A DNA stretch of 64,000 nucleotides from an uncultured Phycisphaerales bacterium (GTDB lineage: Bacteria > Planctomycetota > Phycisphaerae > Tepidisphaerales > Tepidisphaeraceae): positions 608,001 through 672,000 of the forward strand of contig CAVWVQ010000003.1 of assembly GCA_963758525.1 (NCBI GenBank). The letters are read 5' to 3'. Shown here piece after piece: positions 51,701 to 61,454 of this stretch. Each line of letters begins with the position of its first letter. Position 1 is the first letter of the stretch. The notes beneath the pieces were generated by a model, which saw only the letters and a list, made by a program, of their open reading frames with translations, searched no databases and was not told where the DNA came from. The translations under genes and the position numbers were made by a program.

Positions 51701-53598
51701 GAGGCCGCCGCTGGTCAGCGTCAGGGTGTTGCCGCCGAATCCCTGTGTGCCCGCCGCAGAATAGATCAGCGAGTTCTCGGCGATTGGCCCGCCGAAAGCC
51801 GACTGATTTCCCGTGATCTTGACGTTGCTGGTCAAATTACCGTCGAAGGTGGTTACGTTCGTGCCGTTGATATTCCCATAGGCGCCAAGGTGATTGGCGC
51901 CGGTGACGGTGAGGAAGTTGGTATTACTGGTCTCGACCGAATAGGGCAATATGCCGTTGATCAGCGTGGGTGGGGTTGTCAATACGATGGCGTCTAGTGG
52001 AAGATTTGCGCTAGCCAGAAATGCGGAAAGGGTTGAGTGCGTTCCTGGCGTGATCGACGGGATGGTAAACGTCGAGGTATTGTTCGTTCCGCTGGCGGCA
52101 GTAAAGCTGAGAAAAGATGTCTGGCTCCCGCCGAGCGTGATGTTGCCGGCGGAGCCGCTGCCCGCCGTGTTGTTTCCTGCCGTAATGCCTTTGTAGGCGA
52201 GCGTGCCACCGTTCAGTGTGATGGCGCTGAACCGAGCCGGCTAACAGCTGCGGCACCGCTGGCGGAGTTGTCATAGGTAAGCGTGGAGGTGGCCTGCCCA
52301 ACGGCGCCGATGGTGATGGCGCTGGTGCTGGCGATTGCGCCACTGGCGCCACTGAGAGTGACCCCGCCGCCGCCACCGTTTACTAAGGTCGATCCCGTAA
52401 AGGTATTCGCGCCCGTCAGGGAGATTGTAGCCGTGCCAGCCTTGACCAGTGAGAGCACGCCGCTGGTCGCGCCACCGTTGCTGTTATCTTCCAGAATCCC
52501 GGCGAAGGCCCCGCCGCCGCCGTTGCTGTTGCCGATGGTGAACGTTGCGCTGGTGTTGCTGTTGTCATAGACCAATGCTCCGACCGAGCCGGAGAATGCT
52601 CCGACTCCCTGCGGCAAACCGCTGAGATTCAACTGCCCTGCGGCGCCCATTGACAAGGTGCCGGAATTGGCGGTGCCGCCTGAGCCATCGCCCAGCGAAT
52701 TCGCCGCCGTGAAGGCGACGATTCCGGAGGTGATCGTGGTGCCGCCGTTGTAGATGTTGTTCGTGCCGCCACCCAGGGTAGTGATCGCCGTCGCACCGCT
52801 GCCCGTAGTATTGATCACCAGTGCGGTAGATCGGCCGCCGGCGTTGTTGCCGTTGTTTTGGATCGCACCGGAGATTGTGACGCCGCCAGACCCCGTACCG
52901 GTCAGTAGGAAGGTACTGGTTCCCGTGTTTTCCTGGTTAAAGATTGTGCCCCCTAAAGTCAGGAGACTGCTCGAATTGTTAACGATATTCGAGTTTAAGC
53001 TGAGGCTGCTTGGTGCATTCACGGACGAAGCGAGTGACGAGTTGATCGTAACAGCGCCGACGCCCGCGTTCATTGTCAGCACGTTTGTTGCCGTCCCGGT
53101 GCTGCCAAGACCCAAGCCAATCGTGCCGCCGTTGAACGTCCAACTGCCGGTCGCCCCGGCTGATGCATTACCGAGCCCCGGATTTCCAAACGTCATGCTG
53201 TTGACGACATTGGTCGAGACGAGGCTCACGGCGATTACCGACGGTCCTGTCGCATTGACATCATCGGAAAAAACGGCGTCGTCGCCGGTGCTTACCACGG
53301 TATTGCCGGCATTGCTGCCAACGGTAAAAGTGGTCAATGCCGCGTTGGCGGCAGTGGAGTCAGTATTCCAAACCGAACTGGTGGTGTTCCAAGTTCCGGT
53401 CGCATTGGTCCCGGTCGTTCCCGTTGGCTCCCAGTATTTCGTGGCGGCCTGCGAGGTCCGAGCAATGATGGTAGAAACAGGTATTGCGGCGAGCACCGCT
53501 GCCAGCCGCAGTCTCCGCTGCCGGTTTTGCCTAGTCCGCTGAGTACAATTTGTGCTGGGATTTTCCGCGACGATCCGATTCCTGGAAATGCCCGTCAT
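48762..53598 (-). CDS. Large PEP-CTERM beta-strand repeat protein (2); apparent frameshifts ~52228 and ~49038
   Basis: Three ORF pieces join into ~1610 aa; [18 protein letters not shown] repeats; YNATPEPG plus TM helix plus RRRRRR. Confidence 0.88.
49137..49600. repeat. ~460-bp tract identical (by eye) to 54420-54883
   Basis: Line-by-line comparison at offset 5283; flanks carry many synonymous differences. Confidence 0.9.
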
Positions 53599-53718
53599 TC
53601 TCGCCTCCGAAAGCCGTCCGCACGCCTCGACCGATAGGATTCACCAGTCCGACTGCACCAAAATCGGCTGATGAAAAGCAACTCTACCATCGATTGCGTG
53701 GGATACAAGATAATTGTT
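53561..53718. repeat. Duplicated 5' region and start of the PEP-CTERM genes (other copy 59115-59274)
   Basis: Near-identical ~160 bp including the RBS and first codons [13 protein letters not shown]. Confidence 0.9.
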
Positions 53719-54046
53719 TCAGCCTTTTTCTGGATTACTCTTGAAGTGGAGCAGCCGAGAACCAACGCGAATAGCGGTAGACAACGGCGAAAAGAGGCCA
53801 TTGTAAGATAGAAAATGTCAAGTATTGCGGCAAGACGGCGGAGGATTGCAACCGGGCGCTGCACGGACCGTTGGATGGAGGACCGATCCGATCTGTCGGC
53901 GTCAGCAGTCCCATCAGACGAACGGCCCGAGCCGCACGACCGCAGCGTCCCCAAACCAACAGCAAACCCGTCTCGGAATCCGGGTATCGCTCCGTCTTTC
54001 TTCATGCCATCTGGCGGGGGACGTGCTATCTGCTCCGGCGGGGAAG

Positions 54047-57000
54047 TTAGCAAGTTGTGCGTTGCCGCCGGCGGCGGCGGGCGGCGAGCATGGGCAGGCC
54101 GCCGGCCAGGACCAGCATCGCGGTGCCCGGCTCGGGGGTGGCGTTGTACACCACATCCAGGCTGAACGAACTTCCGCTGACCTCTTCCAGTTCAAGCAGC
54201 GGGGCGCCGCCGCTGCCGTACGCGCTGCCGGTGAAGAGGCTGGGCGGTAGCGTCAAAATGAAGCCGGCCGACGAGGCACCGGCTCCGGCGGTGGCCAGAA
54301 CCGTGGAGTTGCCGGCGCCTGGGGCACTGACATTGCCGGCAAGCGTCTGGAACGACGCGATCTGCCAGGTGTCGTTTTGCGTCGGGTCAAGCGACGCCGC
54401 GGGAGCGGAAGCGGTAACAGTAAAAGGGCTGCCCGTGGTGCTGGTGAGGGTCAGCGTTGGCGTGGTGCCGAGGGTAAGGCTCATGGTGTCCGAGACGCTC
54501 GCGTTCGCCACGCGGGCGGTATAGCCGCCTCCGCCGGCCCAGGTCTGGCCGCCGGTGGTGGCGGATTCTCCAGTCGACCCGCCGTCGTTGACAGCGATGG
54601 CCCCGCCGCTGTTGACGTTGACGGTCCCGGTTCCGAACGGGCTAGAACCGGTTCCACTGAGAGTGCCGCCGGTGACTGTGCTGCCGCCCGTATACGAATT
54701 CGCCGCTGTTAGTATCAGGGTTCCGTTTCCAGTCTTGGTCAGCGTGGAACCAACCGTCGACTCGCCCACGGCAGCCCCGATGGTCAGGCCGTTGGCGGCG
54801 TTGGCCACCGAGGCGTTCAGATTGCTTTTGAGCGTGATCGGCACGTTGATGGCGTTGGAGTTGCCGCTCGCGCTGCTGTCGGCAATGGTCGCCGCGGCGC
54901 TGTTGCCGGTGTTATCAAGGATGATCGATCCGCTGCCGGCGTTGTTGATCGTGTAGTTGTGGCCGGAAACGGCGCTGGAGAACTGAATGCCCTGAATGTT
55001 GCGGGTGCTGTTCAGGGTCACCGTGTTGGCGCCGCTGCCGGTGGCCGCCCCGTCGGCAAACTGGGCGATCGCGCCGGAGGCGACCGTCGCAGGCGCCGAC
55101 GTGGAGCCTGGATCGTAAGCCGTCCAGTCGACGGCGCTGGCCGCGTCCCATGCGTTTCCGCTGGCAGCGCTGTAGGTGTTGGTCGCGAGATAGCCTCCGA
55201 GCACAACGTTGGCGGTGCCGTAGGTGACGGTCATTGAGGACAAGCCATCGGCCAGAACGATGCGAGGGACAGCCGCGGTGCCGGTAGTGTTGGTGTTCGT
55301 GAATGTCCCGGATCGCCCGGCCGCCGCGGTCGTGAGAATGGTGAACGTGTTCGCGCCGGTGGGGGTAAAGCTGTTGATCAACCCCACGCTCAAGGTCCCC
55401 CCCAGTGCCGCATTCCCCGAGACGGCGGTCTGGTCGTAGAAGGCGGCCCCACTCTGGAAGGCAGTTGCCACAGTCGTGCTTCCAAGATCCACGGCATACG
55501 AGGCAGCGCCGGACGTGACGCTGTAGTTGCCGGTGATCGCGGTCTTGCCGCCAGTGCCGATGTCGCCGGGAGCGAGGATGCCACCGCCGTTCGTCAGGGT
55601 GCCGACGTTCCCGGTATAGGCAGCGCCGGACACGGAAGTCAGATTTGCCGCGTTGTAGGTGCCTGCGGCGAGTGTACCCCCGGTCCAAACAAACGCCTGT
55701 TTTGCATTCGCGGCCTGATCGCCCTCGATCGTGCTGCTGACCAGCAATTTCCCGCCGCTGAAGTTGAATGTCGTCGTGCTGGTGCCCGCGGTATCGGCCC
55801 CGAGGTCAATGTAGCCGTTATTGACGGCACTGAGCGTTCCACCGGATAGATTATATGTCGAGGTCTGGGTTGCGGAGGTGCCTCCAAGATTGAACGAAGT
55901 GTATTGAGCCCCATGGAGGATATTGAGCGTGCCTGCGGTCTGCGTTCCGGTGAATTTATTACCGGCGACACCGGTTCCGTTTCCACCGTTATCGCTGTTT
56001 AGCCGCAGGCCATAAGTGGACGTTGTTACGTTGAAGGTTCCCCCCGTGATCAAAAGGGTCTGCCCGGCAACGCTGCCCGTTAGTCCGAGTCGGTCGGCTG
56101 CGTTTGGAACATTGAACGTTCCCCCATCCAGCTCCAAATTCGAGGCAGTATTACGTCCGGTATTGATCGAAACGGTCCCACTCGTCACGTCGACCAGTTG
56201 TCCAGAAGTATTCAGCAAATTGGTGATGGTCGTGTTCCCCGTGCTGTCACCGGCAAAAATGATCGTGGATCCGCTGACGCCGTTTACCGTCCCGATGGTC
56301 GTTACGGAGTTCAGCCCGGCGTTTAACGTGACGGTGCCGGTCGTGCCGTTGTTCGCCGTGATCGTGCCAATATTATAAGCGGTGTTCGCCGCCTGCGTGA
56401 ACGCCAGCGTGCCAGCCCCGGCCTGCACCAGCGTGCCTAGCCCGTTTAACGCCCCGAAGCTCTGAGCGCCCGCGTTGTTAAAAGTCAGGGAGCCATTATT
56501 AACGGTTGTCGTGCCCGTGTAATTGTTGAGCCCCGTCAAGGTCAAGGAACCGTTGGTGCCATTATATTGTGTCTTGGTAATGCCATTCGTGCCGCTAATC
56601 ACGGAGCTGATCGTGGGATTGGCCGCCGTGACGGCAAAAATCCCCTCGGAAGCCCCCAAGGCGATCGTTCCGCCGGTGATGTTCGCTCCTACGATCAAGC
56701 CGGCGGGCGTGGTTCCATTATCCCCGATGTTCAAAGTGCCGGCAAGCGTAATCGCACCGCTGGTGGTCAAGGCATACGCGCTGCTGTTCGCGGGGACGGT
56801 GCCGCTGGCGATAGTGACGATGTTGTTCGCACCGAACGTCGTGGTGGTCGTGGCGTTCACGAAGCCATTCGTCGTACCGTAATTCAGGAAGTTGATGGCA
56901 CCACCACCACCGTTTGCGGAGCCCAGGATATACGCCGGCACCATGCCGTCTGTGACCACAGGCTGTGCACCGCTTGCGCCCGCGATGATGAACTTTTCGG

Positions 57001-59152
57001 CAGTGCCCAGCGCGCTGGGACCGGTAATGAGCAGAACGCCATTGCCAACACGGTTCAGGACTGGGCTGGCATCGGACGCGTTTCCGAATGTGTAAGTCAC
57101 GCCCGTGGCGGAGCCCTTGTTTAGAATGAAGTAGTCGCCGCCGCTGAAGCTGAACTGGCTGTTCAACACCGTGCCACCGGTCAGCGCGACCGTGCCGGAA
57201 GAACCGGCGCCGGGCGTGATGTTCAGGTTGGAGATATTGTTTGAGGCCGCTCCGCTGTTGGTACTCAGGGTGACGCTTCCCGCGCCGAATGGCGTGCCGC
57301 TTGCCAAGGCTCCGGTATAAGTAAGGCCACCTTGGCTGACCGTGGTAACGGCGGTGGTCCCGCCGCTATAGGTATTTGAATTCGTCACATTCAAGACACT
57401 GGAATTTGTCTTCGACAGGGCCAGTGTGCCCCCGCCCGCGCCATCGGCGATCACCCCCGTTATCGTGTTGCCCGCCGCCGAACCGTCAAAATCAAGCGTG
57501 TTGACATTGCCCGCCGTGGCGCTGCCGGTCACCGCACCAAGGGTCAGCGGGGCGCTCGTCGGATTGAAAATGCTCGTTGAATTGCCGGTCGGAGAGAGCG
57601 TTGTGACACCCGCAAATTGTAATTTATAGGTATTGCCGCCGGTCACGCTCAATGTCTGGGCACCGATGCTCAGATTGTTAAATTGGATCGTACCGCCGGT
57701 ATTGGCGCTGCGCTGGTTGACGTCGATCGTGGCGTTCGCTCCGACCACCACGTTGTTTCCCGTTATGCCGTCGCCCGTGATGATCGTCTGCGCACTTCCG
57801 CTACCGTTTGCCCTCAACTGAAGTGTGCCGCCGTTCAGGTTCACCTGCGTCGTGCTCAGTGCCTTGATGAAGTTATTCGTGGCGGGATCCTGCGCTTGAA
57901 GATTTCCCGTTGTCAGCGTGGTCGCGCCGCCATAGGTATTCGCGCCGCTCAGGAGCACCGTGCTTGTCCCACCGGCGGTGCCGGAGAACGCCGCGTCATT
58001 TACCGTAACGCCGCCGCTCATGCTCAGGTTGCCGCTCAACGTCGCGGTTCCGCCGGTGCTTCTATTAGTGAGCTGCACGCCGTTAAACGTCACGCCACCC
58101 AAGCCGCTGACGCCGCCAGTGAAGGTGGGACTGGATGCACCAGCCTGGGCATTATTCGCCCCAAAGCCTGCATCGATCAAATTCACTGCAGCAGAGCTGA
58201 CATTGGTTAGGACGATATTCTGATTGCCTGTGAGGCCCGCGATGCGCGCGGAGGTCAGCGTCCCGAAACTGAGGGTTCCACCCGTTTGATTCAGCGCCTC
58301 ACCCTGCAGGGCATTGGTATTACCCAAGGTCAGCGAGCCGCCGGCGGCTAGCGTCGTCGTGCCTGCGATGACGTTTGCCGCGTTGAGCGAAACCACGCCG
58401 CCGCCGCTGATGCTAAGATTGATGACTCCGCCGAGATTGCCCAATGCTGCGTTATTTCCCTGAATTGCGGCACCGAAGGTAACACCGCCGCCCGTGCCGG
58501 TGATGGCGATCGTCTGCGTCACACCGTTGCCCGTGCCGTTCGCGCCCACAGTGCCATTGAAGGTCAGCAAGCTGGATGAATTATTCGTGAACGTCGTCGT
58601 GTTGCCCGTCGCGGCATTGATGTTCACACCGCCGGCGAAGGACACGGCACCGACGCCCGAGCTCATGGTGATGGCCGTATTGCCAGCCGTACTACCAAGC
58701 GTGAGCGTGCCGCCGTTCGTGAAGCTGAAGATGGCGCCTGTGTCGCCGCCGCCCGTAACGCCGGCGTTGCCTCCGAAGGTGAGGCTGTTGGCCTGAAGGG
58801 CGGTGGTGGTGACGGTAGAAGTGCCGCCGGAAGCGAGAGACGGATCAGCGGTGAATATGGCGTCGTCGCCGGTAACGAAAAATGTCCGCGTTGCTAGGCC
58901 GGTTGAATCGGTATTCCAAACCAAATTCGTCGTCGTCGTATTCCATGTGCCACCCGCCGTGGTGCCGGAGGTAGTGGTCGGTTCCCAGTATTTCGTTGCT
59001 GCTTGCGAAGGGCGAGCGATCAGCGCCGACATAGGCAGGCCAGCGAGCACTGCGGCGGTCCGCAATTTCCGCTGCCGGGCCTGTTTGGCTCGCTGTGCTG
59101 GATTTGCCTTGATATTTTCCGCGACGATCCGATTCCTGGAAATGCCCGTCAT
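54047..59152 (-). CDS. Large PEP-CTERM beta-strand repeat protein (3), ~1700 aa
   Basis: GGAGG RBS, long Arg-rich signal peptide, many GxNTYxGxTT repeats, TPEPG plus TM helix plus RRRRR. Confidence 0.92.
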   Translation of the reverse strand: MTGISRNRIVAENIKANPAQRAKQARQRKLRTAAVLAGLPMSALIARPSQAATKYWEPTTTSGTTAGGTWNTTTTNLVWNTDSTGLATRTFFVTGDDAIFTADPSLASGGTSTVTTTALQANSLTFGGNAGVTGGGDTGAIFSFTNGGTLTLGSTAGNTAITMSSGVGAVSFAGGVNINAATGNTTTFTNNSSSLLTFNGTVGANGTGNGVTQTIAITGTGGGVTFGAAIQGNNAALGNLGGVINLSISGGGVVSLNAANVIAGTTTLAAGGSLTLGNTNALQGEALNQTGGTLSFGTLTSARIAGLTGNQNIVLTNVSSAAVNLIDAGFGANNAQAGASSPTFTGGVSGLGGVTFNGVQLTNRSTGGTATLSGNLSMSGGVTVNDAAFSGTAGGTSTVLLSGANTYGGATTLTTGNLQAQDPATNNFIKALSTTQVNLNGGTLQLRANGSGSAQTIITGDGITGNNVVVGANATIDVNQRSANTGGTIQFNNLSIGAQTLSVTGGNTYKLQFAGVTTLSPTGNSTSIFNPTSAPLTLGAVTGSATAGNVNTLDFDGSAAGNTITGVIADGAGGGTLALSKTNSSVLNVTNSNTYSGGTTAVTTVSQGGLTYTGALASGTPFGAGSVTLSTNSGAASNNISNLNITPGAGSSGTVALTGGTVLNSQFSFSGGDYFILNKGSATGVTYTFGNASDASPVLNRVGNGVLLITGPSALGTAEKFIIAGASGAQPVVTDGMVPAYILGSANGGGGAINFLNYGTTNGFVNATTTTTFGANNIVTIASGTVPANSSAYALTTSGAITLAGTLNIGDNGTTPAGLIVGANITGGTIALGASEGIFAVTAANPTISSVISGTNGITKTQYNGTNGSLTLTGLNNYTGTTTVNNGSLTFNNAGAQSFGALNGLGTLVQAGAGTLAFTQAANTAYNIGTITANNGTTGTVTLNAGLNSVTTIGTVNGVSGSTIIFAGDSTGNTTITNLLNTSGQLVDVTSGTVSINTGRNTASNLELDGGTFNVPNAADRLGLTGSVAGQTLLITGGTFNVTTSTYGLRLNSDNGGNGTGVAGNKFTGTQTAGTLNILHGAQYTSFNLGGTSATQTSTYNLSGGTLSAVNNGYIDLGADTAGTSTTTFNFSGGKLLVSSTIEGDQAANAKQAFVWTGGTLAAGTYNAANLTSVSGAAYTGNVGTLTNGGGILAPGDIGTGGKTAITGNYSVTSGAASYAVDLGSTTVATAFQSGAAFYDQTAVSGNAALGGTLSVGLINSFTPTGANTFTILTTAAAGRSGTFTNTNTTGTAAVPRIVLADGLSSMTVTYGTANVVLGGYLATNTYSAASGNAWDAASAVDWTAYDPGSTSAPATVASGAIAQFADGAATGSGANTVTLNSTRNIQGIQFSSAVSGHNYTINNAGSGSIILDNTGNSAAATIADSSASGNSNAINVPITLKSNLNASVANAANGLTIGAAVGESTVGSTLTKTGNGTLILTAANSYTGGSTVTGGTLSGTGSSPFGTGTVNVNSGGAIAVNDGGSTGESATTGGQTWAGGGGYTARVANASVSDTMSLTLGTTPTLTLTSTTGSPFTVTASAPAASLDPTQNDTWQIASFQTLAGNVSAPGAGNSTVLATAGAGASSAGFILTLPPSLFTGSAYGSGGAPLLELEEVSGSSFSLDVVYNATPEPGTAMLVLAGGLPMLAARRRRRQRTTC

Positions 59153-59582
59153 TCTCCGCCTCCGAAAGCTGTCCGCACGCCTCGACCGATAGGATTCACC
59201 AGTCCGACTACACCAAAATCGGCTGATGAAAAGCAACTCTACCATCCGATTGCGTGGGATACAAGATAATTGTTGTGAATTTTTCAAGGTTTTAATTGCA
59301 AAGTGACAGTTAGAAACCGCCCATATAGGCCACTTTTTGCTGCATAATCGAGCAATGTAAGACAGAAATGCCTACGAATCGCTACCGCGAGGTCGGGCGG
59401 CAAAATGAATTTGTCGATATGATGCGTAGCACGAGTTCCCCGGTGAGCCACCCGCCGAACTCTCAGCGTTTGAGTCTGCTTGGAGACGGATTCAGGGACA
59501 CGACCTTGACCAGGCGAGACTTACGACAAAACCCGCACTGCGATAGCCGGTATATGGCTCATCTCGTTTCCATCTTTCCTTC

Positions 59583-61310
59583 ATGAACATCCTTGGACTC
59601 ACCAGCTTTATCCATAACTCCAGCGCGGCACTGGTCGCCGATGGAAACGTGGTCGCCGCCGCGGATGAGGAGCGATTTACCCGCGAGAAATTCACCGGCA
59701 GGTTTCCGCAGCGCGCAGCCGCGTTCTGCCTGGAACAGGCGAAGATTCGGCCGGCGGATGTGGACTGGCTGGCGTTTTACTGGAACCCGTGGCGCGGCAC
59801 GCTGCGCCGAGCGTGGATGATGGCCAGGCATTTGCCGCATTCGCTGGCGTTCTTCGGCCAGCGCGGGGGGGATGGCACCGCCGTCCGCGGAGACTTCAGC
59901 TCATGGCGAAACATGGTGAACGTCTCCCGTGCAACGCGCGACGCGTTCGCCGGCGAGTCGATGCGATTTCGCCGGCGATTTGTCGATCATCACACCGCCC
60001 ACGCGGCCAGTGCGTATTACGTTTCTCCGTGGGAGGACGCGCTGATTCTCTCGCTCGACGGGACCGGCGAGTGGACGACGACATTGATGGCCCGCGGGAG
60101 CGGCAACCGGGTTCAGTCGCTGCGCGAGCTGGCGTACCCGCACTCACTGGGTGCGCTGTATGGAGCGATCACCCAATTCCTCGGCTACCAGATTTATCAG
60201 GATGAGTGGAAGGTGATGGGGCTGGCGGCGTTTGGCTCGCCACGCCGGGCGGCAGACGTACGGCGGCTTATTCGATTTGATGGCGGGGGGTTCCAACTCG
60301 ACTTGAGTTATTTCAACTTTCAGTTGGCGGACAAGGGGTCCTGGTTTGGACCGAGATTTGTGGAACTGTTTGGGCCGCCGCGCCGGGAGGATGAGCCGAT
60401 CGACTCTGAGCGATTTGCCGATCTGGCGGCGTCGTTTCAGCTCGTCACCGAGGAGATCGGCTTGTCGCTGGTGCGCTACCTGCTGCAGGTCGGCGGCGGC
60501 TGCCGCAAGCTCTGCCTGGCCGGTGGCGTAGCACTCAACGCCGTGCTCAATGGAAAGATCCTCGCTGAAACGGACGTGGAGGAGTTGTTCGTGCAGCCGG
60601 CGGCTGGGGATGCGGGGGCGGCGCTGGGCGCGGCGCTGTACGTTCACCATGCCGTGCTGAACGGCGAGCGATCGGCTCCCCTGCGGGATGCATATTTGGG
60701 TCCGGAGTATGATGAGGCGAGCATCGTCGCTGCTCTCAACGAAGCGGGAATCGTCGGAACGAAGGTGGCGGATGTTGGAGAGCATGCTGCCCAGCTATTG
60801 GCGGATGGGAAGGTTGTGGGATGGTTTCAGGGAAGGATGGAGTACGGGCCAAGGGCATTGGGAAACCGTAGTATTCTGGCTGACCCGAGGCGGGCGGACA
60901 TGAAAGGCATTCTCAATGCCAAGGTGAAGTTCCGCGAGGCGTTTCGGCCGTTTGCGCCAGCCGTTCTGGCGGAACATGTGAGCGAGTATTTTGAGGGAGC
61001 CGGATCGTTTCCGTTCATGACCGTGGTCTTGCCGGTGAAGCCGGAGAAACGGTCCGTGATTCCCGCCGTGACGCACCAGGATGGGACCGGGCGGCTGCAG
61101 ACGGTGGAGCGGGCGGTGAATCCCCGGTTCTATGGACTGATCGACGCGTTTCACCGGCGCACCGGTGTGCCGGTGGTGGTGAACACGTCATTCAATCTGC
61201 AGGGCGAGCCGATTGTTTGCACGCCGGAGGATGCGGTGTCAACGTATCGGCGGAGTGGGCTGGATGCGTTGATCATCGGCGATTATGCGTGCGAGAAGGG
61301 GAACTGGTGA
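59583..61310 (+). CDS. Carbamoyltransferase, NodU/CmcH family
   Basis: HNSSAAL, EERFTREK, HHTAHAAS, LAGGVALN, GPRALGNRS, RPFAP, NTSFN. Confidence 0.95.
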   Translation: MNILGLTSFIHNSSAALVADGNVVAAADEERFTREKFTGRFPQRAAAFCLEQAKIRPADVDWLAFYWNPWRGTLRRAWMMARHLPHSLAFFGQRGGDGTAVRGDFSSWRNMVNVSRATRDAFAGESMRFRRRFVDHHTAHAASAYYVSPWEDALILSLDGTGEWTTTLMARGSGNRVQSLRELAYPHSLGALYGAITQFLGYQIYQDEWKVMGLAAFGSPRRAADVRRLIRFDGGGFQLDLSYFNFQLADKGSWFGPRFVELFGPPRREDEPIDSERFADLAASFQLVTEEIGLSLVRYLLQVGGGCRKLCLAGGVALNAVLNGKILAETDVEELFVQPAAGDAGAALGAALYVHHAVLNGERSAPLRDAYLGPEYDEASIVAALNEAGIVGTKVADVGEHAAQLLADGKVVGWFQGRMEYGPRALGNRSILADPRRADMKGILNAKVKFREAFRPFAPAVLAEHVSEYFEGAGSFPFMTVVLPVKPEKRSVIPAVTHQDGTGRLQTVERAVNPRFYGLIDAFHRRTGVPVVVNTSFNLQGEPIVCTPEDAVSTYRRSGLDALIIGDYACEKGNW

Positions 61311-61311
61311 T

Positions 61312-61371
61312 TGGAACGTGGAACGTGACGGTAGAGTAGCGGCGTGAAACGTGAAACGTGAAAACGTGAGG
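61312..61371. repeat. Short heptamer tandem repeats (TGGAACG, CGTGAAA)
   Basis: Directly visible just after the stop codon. Confidence 0.7.
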
Positions 61372-61454
61372 AAAGTCAGCGCCGGAGCAGTCCGGTGGAA
61401 CTCGCCGCCGACATCCGGAGCAGCTTTGTCCTTCGCGGGTGAAAAGAAGAACGG

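Noticed and set aside
49137..54883. Diversity-generating retroelement template/variable repeat pair
   Set aside because: The tract is identical rather than adenine-mutated and no reverse transcriptase is present.
33912..59152. Calling the large repeat proteins autotransporters
   Set aside because: No C-terminal beta-barrel; they end in PEP, a TM helix and basic residues.
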